From NCBI RefSeq assembly GCF_021869535.1, contig NW_026262745.1, positions 23,002,001 to 23,066,000 of the forward strand: DNA of 64,000 bases, written 5' to 3'. Positions 1 through 13,526 of this stretch are shown here, piece after piece; the stretch's first letter is position 1, and the number at the start of each line of letters is the position of its first letter. The notes under the pieces were generated by a model, which was not told where the DNA came from, did not search any database, and saw only the letters and a program-made list of their open reading frames with translations. The DNA comes from Mytilus californianus. Its lineage: Eukaryota. The position numbers and the translations under genes are program-made.

Positions 1-28
1 TTTTATAATTATACATATCTCAAATTAG

Positions 29-248
29 TCTGTGCATCGATCTTCAAACACAGAGATTCTTGCTATATAAGAGATTATCAGAATTGACAAGTGACAATTT
101 CGTATACACACTGGTTTCAAAATTAGACGAGAGAATTTCTAGCTTTCTGCTTGGCAATCAGGAAGCTCTCTGGGACTTTTTAACACCAGAGCATTGTTTG
201 GATGTCCTTAACCAAGGATTTTCCTTTCTAAAATACTGTAGACTGTAA
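29..248 (+). CDS. Possible terminal coding exon of a gene lying upstream of the window (unidentified)
   Basis: The frame is open from an AG at ~26-27 to TAA at 246-248 (LCIDLQTQRFLLYKRLSELTSDNFVYTLVSKLDERISSFLLGNQEALWDFLTPEHCLDVLNQGFSFLKYCRL). Composition is less AT-rich than the flanks and an AATAAA follows near 360. No family recognised. Confidence 0.3.
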
Positions 249-764
249 ATACTTTTCCATCTAAAATATAAAGTGACATTTCTATTTTTATTATTTCAAA
301 ACTTTATAATTGTACATAATATATACATGTTGACTTTTGTCAATCTCCTATAGGAGGAAATAAAGTATGATGATAATTGTTTTGTGCTGTGTTCATCAAC
401 CTTTTAATTTTCTTTGGAGCATACTTGAAATCTGTTGTAAGATAATATTTATAACCTCTCGAGCTATAAACTGTTATAAATTTTATTTGTTAACCACTTA
501 TGAAACAATAAAAAAATGTTCTTCCAGTTTTTATTCAATTTGGAAAGGTTCCGTTTCATCCAACCCGTTCCACCTTTATTTAAGGCTGGTTTAGAAAATA
601 AATAGTTTTGGATTTAAGATAAAACCAATATACTAGAATGACAATTTATTTAATGAAACGCTATGTTAAAACTGCTTCAGACGAAGTTGTTCTAAAATGT
701 GTTTGTTGTTAAATTTTCGCTCCTCTATATTGGAACGCTCTCAATGTTTTATATAAAATAAGGA

Positions 765-1300
765 GATATGGTGATTCAATTATCCACCAGACTCAAAGTG
801 ACGTAGATGTTAATTACTATATATAGATCGCCGTACGGCCTACAACAATGAGCAAAAGCCATACCACATACACAGTGTAGCATCATTACCGGATATAGGT
901 ACCCCCGAAGCTGTGGAAAAAACAAATGTGAAATCAGGTAAGGTAAAATTATTTTTATTTTCATAATACATGTATTCTACGTTTTGCTGACAAGTAGAGT
1001 TTTGTGACACTGATTCCTAAAAATAAAGTAACTATTTTCTATCATTATTTCTTTGCTTTGTGGTGGTTGATGCTACAGAGTGAAAGACTCCAATATAACT
1101 GAATCTAAAATAATTCAAATGAGATAACCAACGACCTGATTTATGTTCAAAACAACAAACGAAAAACAAATATAATATACAGCAACAAACGACAACCACT
1201 GAATTACAGCACATTAATAAGTGCCTACATTTAACTGGTTAGATAGCGCCAAACCATCCTGAACCTGGAACCTGAATGTATAAATACTTGATTAGTACAG
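765..1300 (+). repeat. Degenerate, interrupted copy of interspersed repeat family A
   Basis: Contains cgtacggcctacaacaatgagc and aaacgacaaccactgaattacag, which recur in the copies at ~18770, ~54745 and (reverse strand) ~4620, ~35800, ~52610. Confidence 0.55.
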
Positions 1301-1717
1301 GTCAAAAATGGACCAAAAATTGTCTAAGGTCAACTGTGCCACCGGGAGTTGGACCCTCAAATTTTTAATAGTTTAAAAATTTATCAAAGAAAAAAAAACT
1401 AAAAACCTAACATTTATAAAAAAAAAACAGGTTAACCAAATAACATTAATATTCCTGCATAATTTTGTCTCACGAACAACAAAAATTGTATAATATATAT
1501 ATATATATTGTAGAATATAAATACAAATATTACTATAATTTTCGATTATAAGGTGCATGTAACATTTTCTACATCCGTTATGTACTAATGAAGAAATAAG
1601 TAAAACTACACGGCAACATGATATTTTTTACTTTTTTCGTTCTGGTAACCGCTCTCAGTATTCGGAAGGGGTTATTATGATAAACATATCTAACAATAAA
1701 CAGAAAACAAAATATGT

Positions 1718-1966
1718 CATCAGGTCAAAATATTTTAGCGTTCCCTCTATATATTGGGGAATTGGGGTATGTGAGCTTGCTTATCAATGAAGATTCTTAA
1801 ATTTTAATATACTCATGTTGCTTATTATAAGTGGATTTTTTTTGTTTGTTTATATATTCCATCAGGTCAAAATATTAAGCGTTCCCCTATATATTGGGGC
1901 GTGGGGTATACGAGATTGCTTATCAATGAAGATTCTTAAATTTTAATATACATGTTGCTTATTATG
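1718..1966. repeat. Local tandem duplication, period ~142 bp
   Basis: catcaggtcaaaatat...gcttatcaatgaagattcttaaattttaatatac...catgttgcttattat occurs at 1718 and again at 1860. Confidence 0.8.
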
Positions 1967-2794
1967 TATCCTTACAATTTTGATTTGTATGACCCGTGGT
2001 AAACTCATATCATGAGACCGGCACCCTGTTGATACATCCTGTTTCTTTGTTTGGAATTTATGCAAATCCCTCGGTAAGTATTTTTTTGTTTGTTTATATA
2101 TTCATAACGGATTAACGAGTTTTGAACATCTGTAAGCTACTGTTGTCTCTTATTATGTTTGACATTAAACAAGCAACAATCAATCAATTAATCCCTTATG
2201 ATGGACCATGTAGTTCGAAATACAATATGCACCTCAATTCCGCTTTGGTCCATATGATATTTGGAACATGACCACCTGATTCATTAGCTGCCTCATGACC
2301 CTCAGTGACCATGAATAATTTTTTAAATTTTATTTCATAATCAACCTTGATTGAAATCAAATGTCAAAATATTTGTGTACCTACATAGAGGCTGATGAGC
2401 AATAACAAAGTTACGGACATTTATGATTGTCCGGTTAAAGACAAAACTTCTTGGTATGTCAAAAGAAAAAAAACCCGGGAAATTAGATGCCAAGGGAGCA
2501 ATAAAAAACCTAAAATCGGATGAAAACAGACCACACCATGGCCAGAAAAGAACTCACTGAAAGAAAAGTCCACAAAACCCTACACGTCAAAACTAAATAG
2601 TCGGCAACACGATCACCATTAAAAACTATGAGTTTATTTTTTTTGTTTTATCAAGAATTTAAACATATCTGTACATCATACAACATTACTGAAGTTATAT
2701 TTGCCATACTTAAGTCTTTATCGTAATACACATAAAAAATTTAGTAACATATAACATTCAAAATAACTTCCAAAATTTCCATTTACAACTTGCT

Positions 2795-5700
2795 TTAGCG
2801 AAAATAAATTTCTGGGGTCGTTTCAGTGCACACTAATCCAGTTCCCCAAATTTCTGTAATGTCAAGTCCAAAACGGTTCATTAATTTGGTTATGAAATTC
2901 GATTTTGTTTCCTGTCGATAAAAACAACGAATAATGACCTTTCCAGAAATCTCATGGGAAATCAATTCCCGCAGATGTAAATATAGATGTTCAGCTAAAG
3001 TTTCCCCAATACATCCATAAACCTCTATATTGCATACCAGTCCTGCTGTAGTATTGAAATAATTGCCAAATGTTAAAATTCTGGTACCATTTTCCAAATT
3101 AGAACCGATAACTGTTGTTCGTATTGTTTTGATAAGAAAAGCGTTCGATTTTATCAGTCGATAGGGAACCCAGTCAACAATGACCCGGCTTTCTGGAAAG
3201 AGATGACAGGAGACTTGTTGATTGGTTAGTATATCACCAAGTTCGATTGCATCGATTGGTTTAGCGGAAGAAGGTGTAGTGTTTCCAATAGTGTTAAGTA
3301 TACTTTTCAGTTGATCTCCTGAGGTAATATAAGATCTGAATTCCTGAAATAAAAGATAAGAGATAAAATTGCAGAAAGTGGCTACGTTCGAATTCATTGC
3401 AACATTTCACATGCCTTAAACGGGGAGACGTATAATACAGAATCTTCTCAAAAGTTGACATTGGAAAGTTCAAGATGCAACGCTTGACAATATTATGTCA
3501 AAAATAGGTTACTCTGTTCAGAAATTAAAAACACTTTACCCTTATTCACATCAATGTTCAAAGAATACTTCCTGAATTAAGGGTGCATCATAGCTGCTAA
3601 ATTCGAATTCATTCCCACCGAATTGACTCAAACTCTTAATTTGATTTATGAATTATTAAAATAATTACCATGATAACAAGACTTCCATTGGAAACAATAA
3701 GCAATGCATGACATCGTAATCAAAAATCAGCATTTCGTGCTTATTTAAAACTAGACGCCATCTAATTAAACGTAGAGATGACCCCCAAAGACTACCGATG
3801 ATCATGTGACCGTTATAAATATAAGTATAACTATAGACAGACAAGCACGTGCAAAAGTAATATTAGAAAAACTCCTTAGATGTCTATCTAATTACTTAAA
3901 TTGATCAGCTACAGAGTACATACCTTCTAAAAATGAAGGGAAAAGATATGTTCTGGTGTAGTCAGATACGTTACAAGTACAAAAGACGTGAAAAAGAAAA
4001 AAAGATTAAGAATTATATGGCAAAAATGTATTAACAAAAATACCGAACTCCGAGGTAAATTAAAAAAGGGGAAGTTCATTAAATCTGAAAAAAACCAAAC
4101 GCTCAACTATATCAACCATAATCATTAATCACCATTAAAAGCTTCAATAAGTGGTTTTGTTTTCAGTAAATTAAAATCATACTAAATAGTTTTGTTATAC
4201 ACATAAACACTTAAACGGTACTACAACCTGTCGATACCTTTATTTTGGCATTGCACAAGGTCATGTTTTCTCTGACTGTTAATGACGTCTTTACACTAAA
4301 TCCATTGGATGTGTACTGATTGATATTTTAGTCTTAGATACATGATTTTTTCATTAGTTGTTATTGGCTTTGAAGTAGCTGTCAGTAACTGCGAGTACTC
4401 TCAGATCTGTACTTAGTGTCCTTTTTGTTGTTAGGGATGAGGGATGGATAAATACCCTGCCACGTCCGGTTTGTGTTTATGTTTGATAATTTTCAGCTTT
4501 GTACCGATCTGATGAGTTGAGCCTTTTTCAACTGATTTTTATAGTTTGTTCTTATGTTGTGCTGTTACACCACTGTCCCAGGTTAGGGAGTGGATTGAGC
4601 GCTCACAAACATGTTTAACCCCGCCACATTATTTATGTGCCTGTCCCAAGTCAGGAGTCTGTAGTTCAGTGGTTGTCGTTGATTCATGTCTGTCATATTT
4701 GTTTTTCGTAAATTGTTTTGTTATAAATTAGGCCGTTAGTTTTCTGTTTTGAATTGTTTCATATTTTTCATTTCGGGGCCTTTTATTGCCGACTATACAG
4801 TATGGGTTTTTCTCATTGTTGAAGGCCGTATGGTTGCCTATAATTGCTTTATTTGAACTGTGGAAGATAGTTGTTTCATTGGCAATCATACCACATCTCC
4901 TTATTTGTATATCATACATCAGACATCAGAGCTTTCTCTTCAGTGAAAGCAATAACGAGAACCTTCAAGACTTGTGCTAGAAATACAAATTAGTGTTACA
5001 ACCTTTATAAAAATAAAAGGCGAGATAAGCCTGAGTAAAATAAAAACGAAAACAAGTATTATCCATGGTTGATTCGTACTTTTGACTATAGTACACCTAT
5101 AAAGAGGTATAGACCTACAAAATGTAGGTTAGGTAATAGCCATTTGATTTTTGAAGTCGGGATTTTCAGGCAGACCATTTTAACTTGTTGCTAGGACGGC
5201 TTTATAATTAATTTCTAGGGCGACCCCCCCCCCTCCCCTTTTTCACATTTATTTTGCAGCATTTTGTTGGTCATAGTATTAATTTCATCCTTTCTTGGGC
5301 CACAAGATTACTTCTGTTAGTCTTAATAATTGTGTCAACCATTTTCATCAACATACTCTAGCTTCTAAACAATTTTAATTCTGGATGACATGAATGCTTA
5401 AAAAGAGACTGGCAAATATAAACGCATTTCTGATTTAAAGTTATAACATTTACAATAAACCAGGTCTACCCTCTGAAATAGCTTTCCAAATTACAGGTCT
5501 TTAGTTAGTACAGAGATACAAAATGTAGCGAGAACACTGTTGGCCAAATAACTCTGGAAATTGAAATCTGTGTGTTCAGAAAGTTGTTTTGATTACCAGG
5601 CCACCATTTGTTAAATATATCAAGAAATAAATATAATATTTAAATTTGTTATGCTTATACCATCATTAGAATTTTCTCTCTTTTTCCCGACTTAATTTGA

Positions 5701-7065
5701 TCTAATATTGCTTTAACGTGTGCTCCACTAGTTGCTGCCATTTTATCATATTTTCTGTCTTTTATTGTATTTCTCCTCATAACATCTTGTAATCCCATTC
5801 CTGCATACTCTTTGTTTGTCCTACCTGCTCTAGTTACCACAGTTCTCCCGTTATCAACTACAAAACTTAAGAAAAAACTAGCCTAAAAATAGAAAAATAA
5901 GTGATAATAACTTTGACGGGGCCCGATTAGGTGGTGTTGCATCTAACAAAGTCTATTCAAATTATTTTTGCAAAGAATTCCGCTCAAGCCGGTGCTAGGG
6001 GCGGTCTTAAACTTGCAGTGAGGTGAGAGTTAATTTGCTCCGTGTTGTAGGCCTCACTGTTACTTTGAGATGAAGAACATCAATAAAAGCGCTGTTTCTT
6101 TGCTTTTTGTGTGTTTTTTACTGTGCATGTATTGATTTTGTGTCATGGATGGATACCCCATATTCTTTGTTTTTCTATAATAATAACTTGTATGTTACCA
6201 AAACGTTGACTAAAATGTCTTCGAAATCAGGAAATCAGGAACACAGAGTATGAATAGAACCATCTTAATTTTGCAGTAAAACGAATATGAATGCATCAAT
6301 TTTCTTAAGTATGGTATATTGAGTTCTAAAATTGTTTTAAAAAAATCCATCACAATTATCACCTATCGATAAACATAAACAAAAGTTACATTGGTTAGGA
6401 CAAAACCATATATTATTATATATAAAGTCCACGACTGGACATGACAGACATGGGTTTAATATCTGTCCATGATTGTGAAATTATAAGGCATTTAAAACTG
6501 GCTTTCTGTGTATTAAACATTTTAGCGACAAAAATATCTTTCAGTGTTCTGTGTAAGTTATGGCAACTTAATGACTCCGTTTATTAAATTTCTTTATATG
6601 GAAAACAGATTCAATATTTGGTTTGATGTAAGCTGCCGCTGAAGAGTTATTGTGATCACCAGTGCAGAATACTTTTATACATACTCGTAAAGTTGAATAT
6701 AGGTTTCTTAGTTCAGTACGTATATGTCTTTTTTTAAGTATATTATTCATACTTGAATTTTTCTAACTTATTTGTAAATTCCATCGACATCTGATGTAAA
6801 AATTGTCTACTATCCGGATAGAAATGCATAAGCAAACCATTTTTTTCCAACTTCGCTTTACTGCATATATTAAAAAAAACCTACTTACAAATTTACCATC
6901 AACAACAGCAGCATAGGCTTCGACATTTGACATATCAAGTAACATGTGAAAGTAATCAGGAAGATAGTCGGTTCCACTGTAGATTTGACCCGGTGGAGTT
7001 ATGGCGCAAACTTGATCATAATCATCCTTTGTTACCCTGACAACTTTTATATTCCGGTTACTCAT
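2795..7065 (-). CDS. NAT16 / histidine N-acetyltransferase-like GNAT protein, 3 coding exons, 315 aa
   Basis: Coding exons 7065-6889, 5882-5661 and 3343-2795 (TAA). All junctions are GT-AG and phase 0 (TTT|gtaagt, ttttag|GCT, ATG|gtataa, tttcag|GAA). The protein MSNRNIKVVRVTKDDYDQVCAI..YSGTDYLPDYFH..VVDGKF/ASFFLSFVVDNGRTVVTRAGRTNKEYAGMG..FPESRVIVDWVPY matches the DYLP and VVDxGxT..R...GxG pattern I recall for NAT16-like GNATs. A likely 5'UTR exon donor (ACG|gtaagg) lies at ~7813. Confidence 0.75.
4235..4915 (-). repeat. Long copy of interspersed repeat family A (in intron 2 of the NAT gene)
   Basis: Closely collinear with 35440-36125 (ttggcattgcacaaggtcatg...actgcgagtactctcagatctgtacttagtgtc...ggcaatcataccacatc). 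Confidence 0.8.
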
Positions 7066-8039
7066 TTCCACATTGGATGACAATGAAATCTGAAAAAAAA
7101 GCAATATTAGCCAAAAGAAGATTAGGGATAGTTTATAACATATCATATAATCTAGTTTTATTATGTATTATCACTGAAGTACAAGAGGAAAGTGTTCATC
7201 ACACTGTTACAATGCTACTTTTGTCGAAGGATCAGTGTTTTGTTATGCTTAACTATATTGTACTTTAGTTCCAATCTGCTTAAGAATGAGGCAGTGGTGA
7301 AAACATACAAAAACACAATCAAGTTTACATTAATCTATGTTCAAAATGTATAATGGTGCACGAATATAATATTCGTTTCCTTTTCCTGTTCTTGTATTTC
7401 AAGATATATTTTGGTTGAAATGCAATAGAAATTAACAATTAAGGGGAGCTAACTCAATGATTTACTATCATTCTAACCTAAAGTTATCTTTAGATATTTC
7501 TCGAATTATTAGAGGGTAACTTCAAAATAGGATGGTTAGGACATTAGGTTTTTTTTTCGGCGATGTTTTGAAATTATTCTAAATTGTCTGATTCTTACAA
7601 AGACTTGCACTTAAGAGATGCGAACTTTGAACAACACTACGTAAATAAAATATCACAGTATTGCGAAACTATGACATAGTTGTGGAAAATAAGTACACAC
7701 AGACACATAGTTTCATGCATGTGATCAAATAATTGCATCGTGTGATTATGTTCCGTAACGGTATTTGAGGGATGTTATCAAAAGTAAAAAAATAAATTTG
7801 TGTATACCCTTACCGTCTTAAAAATACACACAGGTAATCGTTATGTCTACACTCATAAATCCATGTCAGTGAATACATGTACATATATTTATTCAAGTTA
7901 TTGGTCACATGATAAAGTAACGGTAAAGTGATTGTTTTTATAAACACGTGTTTGTGTTTATATTAAGCACATGTTTTGTGCTTATGTCTGAAGATTGGAT
8001 GGCATATACCAGCAATGCGGCTTTTACGTGCAGCTGATG

Positions 8040-8290
8040 AGATTCATGTATTAGATACAGAACAAAGGTAACACAAAAACAGGCTAGTAACAACCGTTGC
8101 CGTATAATTTTTCTGCACGAGTAGTCAGGCCAAGTCCGAGGCGATAGCCGAGGACCTTGACTTGACTGCAAGTGCAGAAAAAACTATACGGCTGGTTGTT
8201 ACCATCCCGTTTATTTTGTTACTTTTGTTTTGTGTCTGACTTGTACGACGTTTTTAATAAGAAAGTATTGCATTTTGAATTTAAGACGAT
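8040..8290. mobile_element. Palindromic hairpin MITE-like element, copy 1
   Basis: Internal inverted repeat gtaacaacc..gccgtata..tttttctgcac.agtagtcagg / cttgactgcaagtgcagaaaaaactatacggc..ggttgttac. A related copy lies in opposite orientation at 34960-35215. Confidence 0.7.
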
Positions 8291-10031
8291 TGCATAATTG
8301 AAAAGATTGAACACAATTAGAAAGTAATACATTGTACATTTAAGACGATTGCATAATTAAAAAGATTAAACACCAAAAAAAAAATGCATACCGGTTTATG
8401 TACCACGATGTTTGGATATATTTAGTCTTATAATAAATAAGGGATTTTGCATTAACACTAGCGCTTCTCAATTATATCAGCTGTGTGTGAGTAAAATTAT
8501 CGCTTATTCCTTTGATACATATTTTTGAAGTAGATGAAAATTCAATAGTTGAGAAAAGGGGATGGACTTCTTTAAGTGACAAGCAAAAAAAAAAGACGTT
8601 TAATATATATTTTCTATCATAATAGTCTAATAGTCTAGAAATAAATTAATGTCCTCTTTCGTAGCCACGTTACATTTTGAAAACAAAATAAATTGCCAAA
8701 GGGGGGGTTATAGTTTTGCCCCTCACCTATGGTCCCCTTTCCCGGCTCATACGTCCCTGCATTTATATATACCCCTCCACACCAAGAAAAAGCATACATA
8801 CGTACAAACAAAGCCAAACAAAGAAATATGTTTTGCCTCCTCCATCCCTCATTTTGAAAGTGGGGGCGGCGGAAATTGCCCCCTTCCCCGGATCATAGCA
8901 ACCCCCCTCCCCCCCCAAAAAAAAAGAAAAAGAAAAAGATAAACAACAAAAATATGTATAACATATTTAAGACATTTAAAAATTCAACGATGTATGCAAA
9001 TGAAATAAAAAACGTAAATACAACATGTATACATATTGTCAAAATCATTAAAAAATAAAGAACAAAATATATAAATTAAAAAAAAGTTATTTGTCTTTTT
9101 TATTGGGAATACGATGCAATTAAAAATAATTTATTTTTTCTCGTTTTAATTTTTTTGATCCATTTATTTTGGAAATCATTTTTTTTGTTTGTTTAAGTTC
9201 ATGCTCATTACAGTAATGTGATATTCGAGTAGACCCAAGTATTGATCACGTGACACAATATTTTTTTCATTTTCCATCCCTATAACCAAAATGGGTGGAT
9301 GTTTATTGATGTTGAGACTGATTTTGTGCTATCCCAATTCGACTAAAGCAAATTCCTTGAACATGAAGAGAAAACGGGAAATCCGCCGTATAGTAAGACC
9401 CCGTTCACACTAGCATTTTTTTAATCGATCTTAATAAAACCAATTAGCGTTCACATTATCTTTAATCATAACGATCTCTGTCGGTCTAATCTGAACCACT
9501 GCGTTCACGGTCTTAAACCTTTTGTCTTTTTTGTTTTTCTTTACTAATAGATAATTGGTATAATTAAATGTGGGCAAACCAGGAGTAAACCCAATTAGCG
9601 TTCACATTATCTTTAATAATAAATAATAATAAATATTTATTTTATTATAGTGTCACATATTGATTGACAAATATTTACATATCACAGTATTCAACAAAAC
9701 AATCAATACCCAGTCATAAATTTGACTTATGAGACACTTAACACATGCTATGTACATATCAATATAGTTTCACAGTTAAATTCATAAAATTATCATCATA
9801 AAAATTTAAACATTTTTATGCATTTAAAAGCATATACATTTTGAGCAAAAAAAAATAAAAATCTGAAAGGAATGTTGTTTAAAAAGTTTAAAAATAAATA
9901 AAAAAGATAAAAAAAAATATATATTTTAACATTTATAAACAATTTGCATATTTAATATTATCCTAAAATTAATCACAGTGACTTTAAAATCATAAAATAG
10001 ACTCTTACTGATAGTGTGTTATTAGTAATAA

Positions 10032-13000
10032 TTAAGAAAATAATTTTCGTCTCATAAAACTCTTGTGTAAACATTTGCTTAGACATTTTTGAATATCGGA
10101 ACATTTCATTATTTCAACAAGCTTAACATCATCATTTAACATTGAGAAATTGTCAATATATTGTGAACATTCGAACAACAATTCAAACCTAATGTCATCA
10201 TATAAGGAGCAATTTAAAAGAAAATGTTTTTCAGATTCAACACTATTTAAGGAACAAAATTTACACAGTCTATTTTCTAGTGCTGTAGGCGGCCTGGTGT
10301 ACCTGCCAGTCTCAATGGCTAACGGGAGCGAACCGGATCGGAACAAGGCTAGAGTACGTCTGTACGAGCGTGGTATAATTTGGAGAACGTATGTCTCGGC
10401 ATAATTGTTAGTTTTGAATAACCTGTACGTTCGAAGTTTGTTGCCATTTTGATGTCCACGATCATTAAATAGTTCACTTTGCCATTCGGTATTATCTAAC
10501 ACCTTTATTTTGTCCGTCACAAACTTCATAACTGTTTTTGTAGATAATAACAGATCATTTACAGTGTTTCGAATGTTTAATAAGTCGGTAATTTTATCCA
10601 CCTCGCGGCACCAACCTTTACGTCTTCTCGCGGCCCACTTCCAAATTTTGAACACGTTTCGATTTTGGTCTGTTCTTGTTATTTTACACAACAGTCTGAT
10701 ACAGGATATACGCTGCTTATTTAAACATGAAATCCACCCCATGTCGCCCCGACTTGCGATATTGGACGTGTTTTTTCCTACAGATAAAAAGAATTTACAG
10801 GCTTTGTTTTGAACTGTATTAATGACATTAATTGATTTAGTTCCCCACACTGCACTTCCGTACATCAGAATTGGATCCACCATAGAATTATAAAGTTTAG
10901 TGTATACACTATGTGACATTCCACCAGATGATGCAAATTTACCAAAAAGAGCTCCTAAAGCTCGACTAGCGGACTTCGCGAGTTCTTTACTGTTTTTGAT
11001 AAAAGTCAAATGCTCGTCTAGCCATATCCCAAGATACTTATATGAGTCAATGCATTTAATACTGTTTGCATCACATTCAAAATTACATCTGGTAAGGTTA
11101 AATGACTGTGGGCGAAAATGTACAACTTTAGTTTTATCTGCATTAATGGATAACTTCCAGTTAGAGCACCAGTCTGTCAACACATCCAACATAATTTGTA
11201 GACTTTCTTCGTTGGGCGCAATTAAGGCAATGTCATCCGCGTACAACAATATGCTTAACATAGTCTCATTTACAGTGATTCCACAATTCAACGCATTTAT
11301 ACGGTCTGCAAGGTCGTTAATATATACCGCGAAGAGCGTGGGCGACAGTATACAGCCTTGTTTTACTCCGGACGTCACACTGAACCAAGGGGTTAACTCA
11401 TTATTCACACGGACAGTACATTGAACATCTTCATAAAGCGATTTGATTGCACCAAGAAACTTCCCACGTACACCAATAACTTGAAGTTTATACCAAAGTA
11501 AATCCCTTTTGACCGTATCGAAGGCTTTTCTCATATCGACAAAACACACATAAGTTGATTTCCTGGCAATTTTCCGGTCATTTAGAATTGAATAAAGTGA
11601 AAATAAATGCTCCTCGCAACTGCGGCCTTTTCTGAATCCGTTTTGTTCATCGCACAAGCAATCATTAACTTCTAACCATTTACTTAGTCGAAAATTCAGA
11701 ACAGAACAGTAAATTTTACAAGGCACCGAGATTAACGCTATACCTCGATAATTTAAAGGGCATCTATTATCCGTGGAACCCTGTTTCAGAATTGGATTTA
11801 TAATTCCACTTGTCCACTGACTGGGAACTCGGCCAAGTTCGAAACACCCACTAATTATTTGGTATAAAAGTTCTATCGCCACTTCATTTTTCAAAACCTC
11901 GGCAGGTATATCATCAATTCCAGCAGCCTTCCGGTTTTTTGCCTGAGTAACGGCCAACAGAATTTCATCTCGGGTAATTACGTCATTTAAAGAATCAACA
12001 TTTATGTTAGAGTCGAAATCTGTTTCATCAAGATTGTTGTTATTCTCACTGTTATTCGTAAACAAAGCTTGAAACTCATCTTTCCATTTGTTTAAAACAC
12101 TGTTCTTATCGGTTTTAACATTTCCTGTATCGTCGATAATGGCCCACGGAACGCGTGGTTTTCGTTCATTCGCTATTCCGGTCTTTCCAATCGATTTCCA
12201 GAATTCACTTTGGCTACACGCATTCAGTTGGTCTTCAAGTTTTTGTTGTTCCTGGTACACATACTTCCTTTTATATTTCTGGTTTATCCTATCGAATTGT
12301 TTTCTAACGTTACAAAACTCTTCTTTAAGTTTACGTTTGATGGTCTTTGATCCTTGAAATTTTAACCACTTTTTTTCTGATTCACATACTTTATCCCACT
12401 GTAGAGAAAGATTATCATTCCAATAAGGTTTATATAAGGATTTCTTACGTTTTTGGTTTCCATTTGTAAAATTCAAAACTGGCAATTTATTTTCCATTTC
12501 ACTATGAATTAAAAGTTGAAATTCATTATACGCCGTTTGTACGTTTTGTGTGATTTGTATAGAATTTTCAATTCTGATGATAGTTTCATTCACTTTTTCG
12601 ATAATTCCTATGTTTTTCAAAAAATCGGTCGGAACATTTGCCAATTTAAATTTGCGGTTTTGGACTTTCGGATCACTTTTTAAAACATCTATGTTCTCCG
12701 TATTGCATCCTCCAGGAATAATAACATCACAGACCAGTAATGAATGGTCAGGAATTTTATCCGGCATATAATTAATTTCATTTATCACAGTTGACATTGA
12801 AATTATCTTAAAATCTTTTATATACTCTATATCCTCATAAGGAACGCACATATAATCTACAACCGATTTGCCAGACGTTGAAATGCAAGTAAATTCATGA
12901 TCCTGAAAACGGCCATTTAGCATAGCAAAATTTATATCACTTAAAAAATTAATAAATATATCTCCTTGATGATTTTCACTAAAATCGACAATATTTCGTG

Positions 13001-13520
13001 GTTTCACAATATCCACCCCCTCAACATAATCTGTATTTTGTCCTACACGTGAATTTAAATCGCCACAAATTATAATTTTTCCTAATTTCTGGTAACTATA
13101 AACTTGTTGAAGCAAATTTTGAAAATATAAATCCGAATCCATAGCTCTGCTTGAATCAGCTGGAGGTAAATAACACACTGCTACGATAACCGATATATCG
13201 GTAGATTTTGATTTAAATTTAATCCACTGTATTCCTTCTATTTCCATATCTAATATATCAGCATCGTAAAGGTTAAAAATTTCATTTTTCACAAGTAATC
13301 CTACTCCTGCAGACCCTCTGGTAGCATTTCTATGTAAAATTTTCCTGTTATGACCGAAGAATGTGTATCCGGGGATGTTTAATCTTTCGTCAACGCGCAA
13401 AAACGTTTCTGTTAGCGCAAGAATATCGCACTGAGAATAATCCAATACTCCTTTCCTGAATTGCGAGTTATCGTTCGTCTTTACTGACCACCCCCTGCAG
13501 TTCCAGACCCCAAGCCGCAA
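10032..13520 (-). CDS. LINE ORF2: AP endonuclease, reverse transcriptase and C-terminal CCHC zinc finger (1162 codons, no initiator ATG)
   Basis: APE motifs GVWNCRG, LALTET, GDLNSR, VDY and DH. RT motifs NYRGIAL, QNGFR, FVDMRKAFD, GVKQGCILSP, LLYADD and YKYLG. Zinc finger CKFC..EKHFLLNC. Confidence 0.95.
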   Translation of the reverse strand: MRLGVWNCRGWSVKTNDNSQFRKGVLDYSQCDILALTETFLRVDERLNIPGYTFFGHNRKILHRNATRGSAGVGLLVKNEIFNLYDADILDMEIEGIQWIKFKSKSTDISVIVAVCYLPPADSSRAMDSDLYFQNLLQQVYSYQKLGKIIICGDLNSRVGQNTDYVEGVDIVKPRNIVDFSENHQGDIFINFLSDINFAMLNGRFQDHEFTCISTSGKSVVDYMCVPYEDIEYIKDFKIISMSTVINEINYMPDKIPDHSLLVCDVIIPGGCNTENIDVLKSDPKVQNRKFKLANVPTDFLKNIGIIEKVNETIIRIENSIQITQNVQTAYNEFQLLIHSEMENKLPVLNFTNGNQKRKKSLYKPYWNDNLSLQWDKVCESEKKWLKFQGSKTIKRKLKEEFCNVRKQFDRINQKYKRKYVYQEQQKLEDQLNACSQSEFWKSIGKTGIANERKPRVPWAIIDDTGNVKTDKNSVLNKWKDEFQALFTNNSENNNNLDETDFDSNINVDSLNDVITRDEILLAVTQAKNRKAAGIDDIPAEVLKNEVAIELLYQIISGCFELGRVPSQWTSGIINPILKQGSTDNRCPLNYRGIALISVPCKIYCSVLNFRLSKWLEVNDCLCDEQNGFRKGRSCEEHLFSLYSILNDRKIARKSTYVCFVDMRKAFDTVKRDLLWYKLQVIGVRGKFLGAIKSLYEDVQCTVRVNNELTPWFSVTSGVKQGCILSPTLFAVYINDLADRINALNCGITVNETMLSILLYADDIALIAPNEESLQIMLDVLTDWCSNWKLSINADKTKVVHFRPQSFNLTRCNFECDANSIKCIDSYKYLGIWLDEHLTFIKNSKELAKSASRALGALFGKFASSGGMSHSVYTKLYNSMVDPILMYGSAVWGTKSINVINTVQNKACKFFLSVGKNTSNIASRGDMGWISCLNKQRISCIRLLCKITRTDQNRNVFKIWKWAARRRKGWCREVDKITDLLNIRNTVNDLLLSTKTVMKFVTDKIKVLDNTEWQSELFNDRGHQNGNKLRTYRLFKTNNYAETYVLQIIPRSYRRTLALFRSGSLPLAIETGRYTRPPTALENRLCKFCSLNSVESEKHFLLNCSLYDDIRFELLFECSQYIDNFSMLNDDVKLVEIMKCSDIQKCLSKCLHKSFMRRKLFS

Positions 13521-13526
13521 TACATC

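Noticed and set aside
5400-5620. Moderately GC-rich stretch in NAT intron 2 as a possible extra exon
   Set aside because: There are stops in all plausible frames, and exons 2 and 3 already join in phase.
7066-7146. ORF-track start of the NAT protein at 7146 (MICYKLSLIFFWLILLFFQ, signal-peptide-like)
   Set aside because: This stretch is the intron polypyrimidine tract ending ttttcag at 7090. The likely start is the ATG at 7065.
8635-9058. Overlapping Pro/Lys-rich ORFs
   Set aside because: They arise from poly-C and poly-A tracts of a low-complexity, MITE-like segment.
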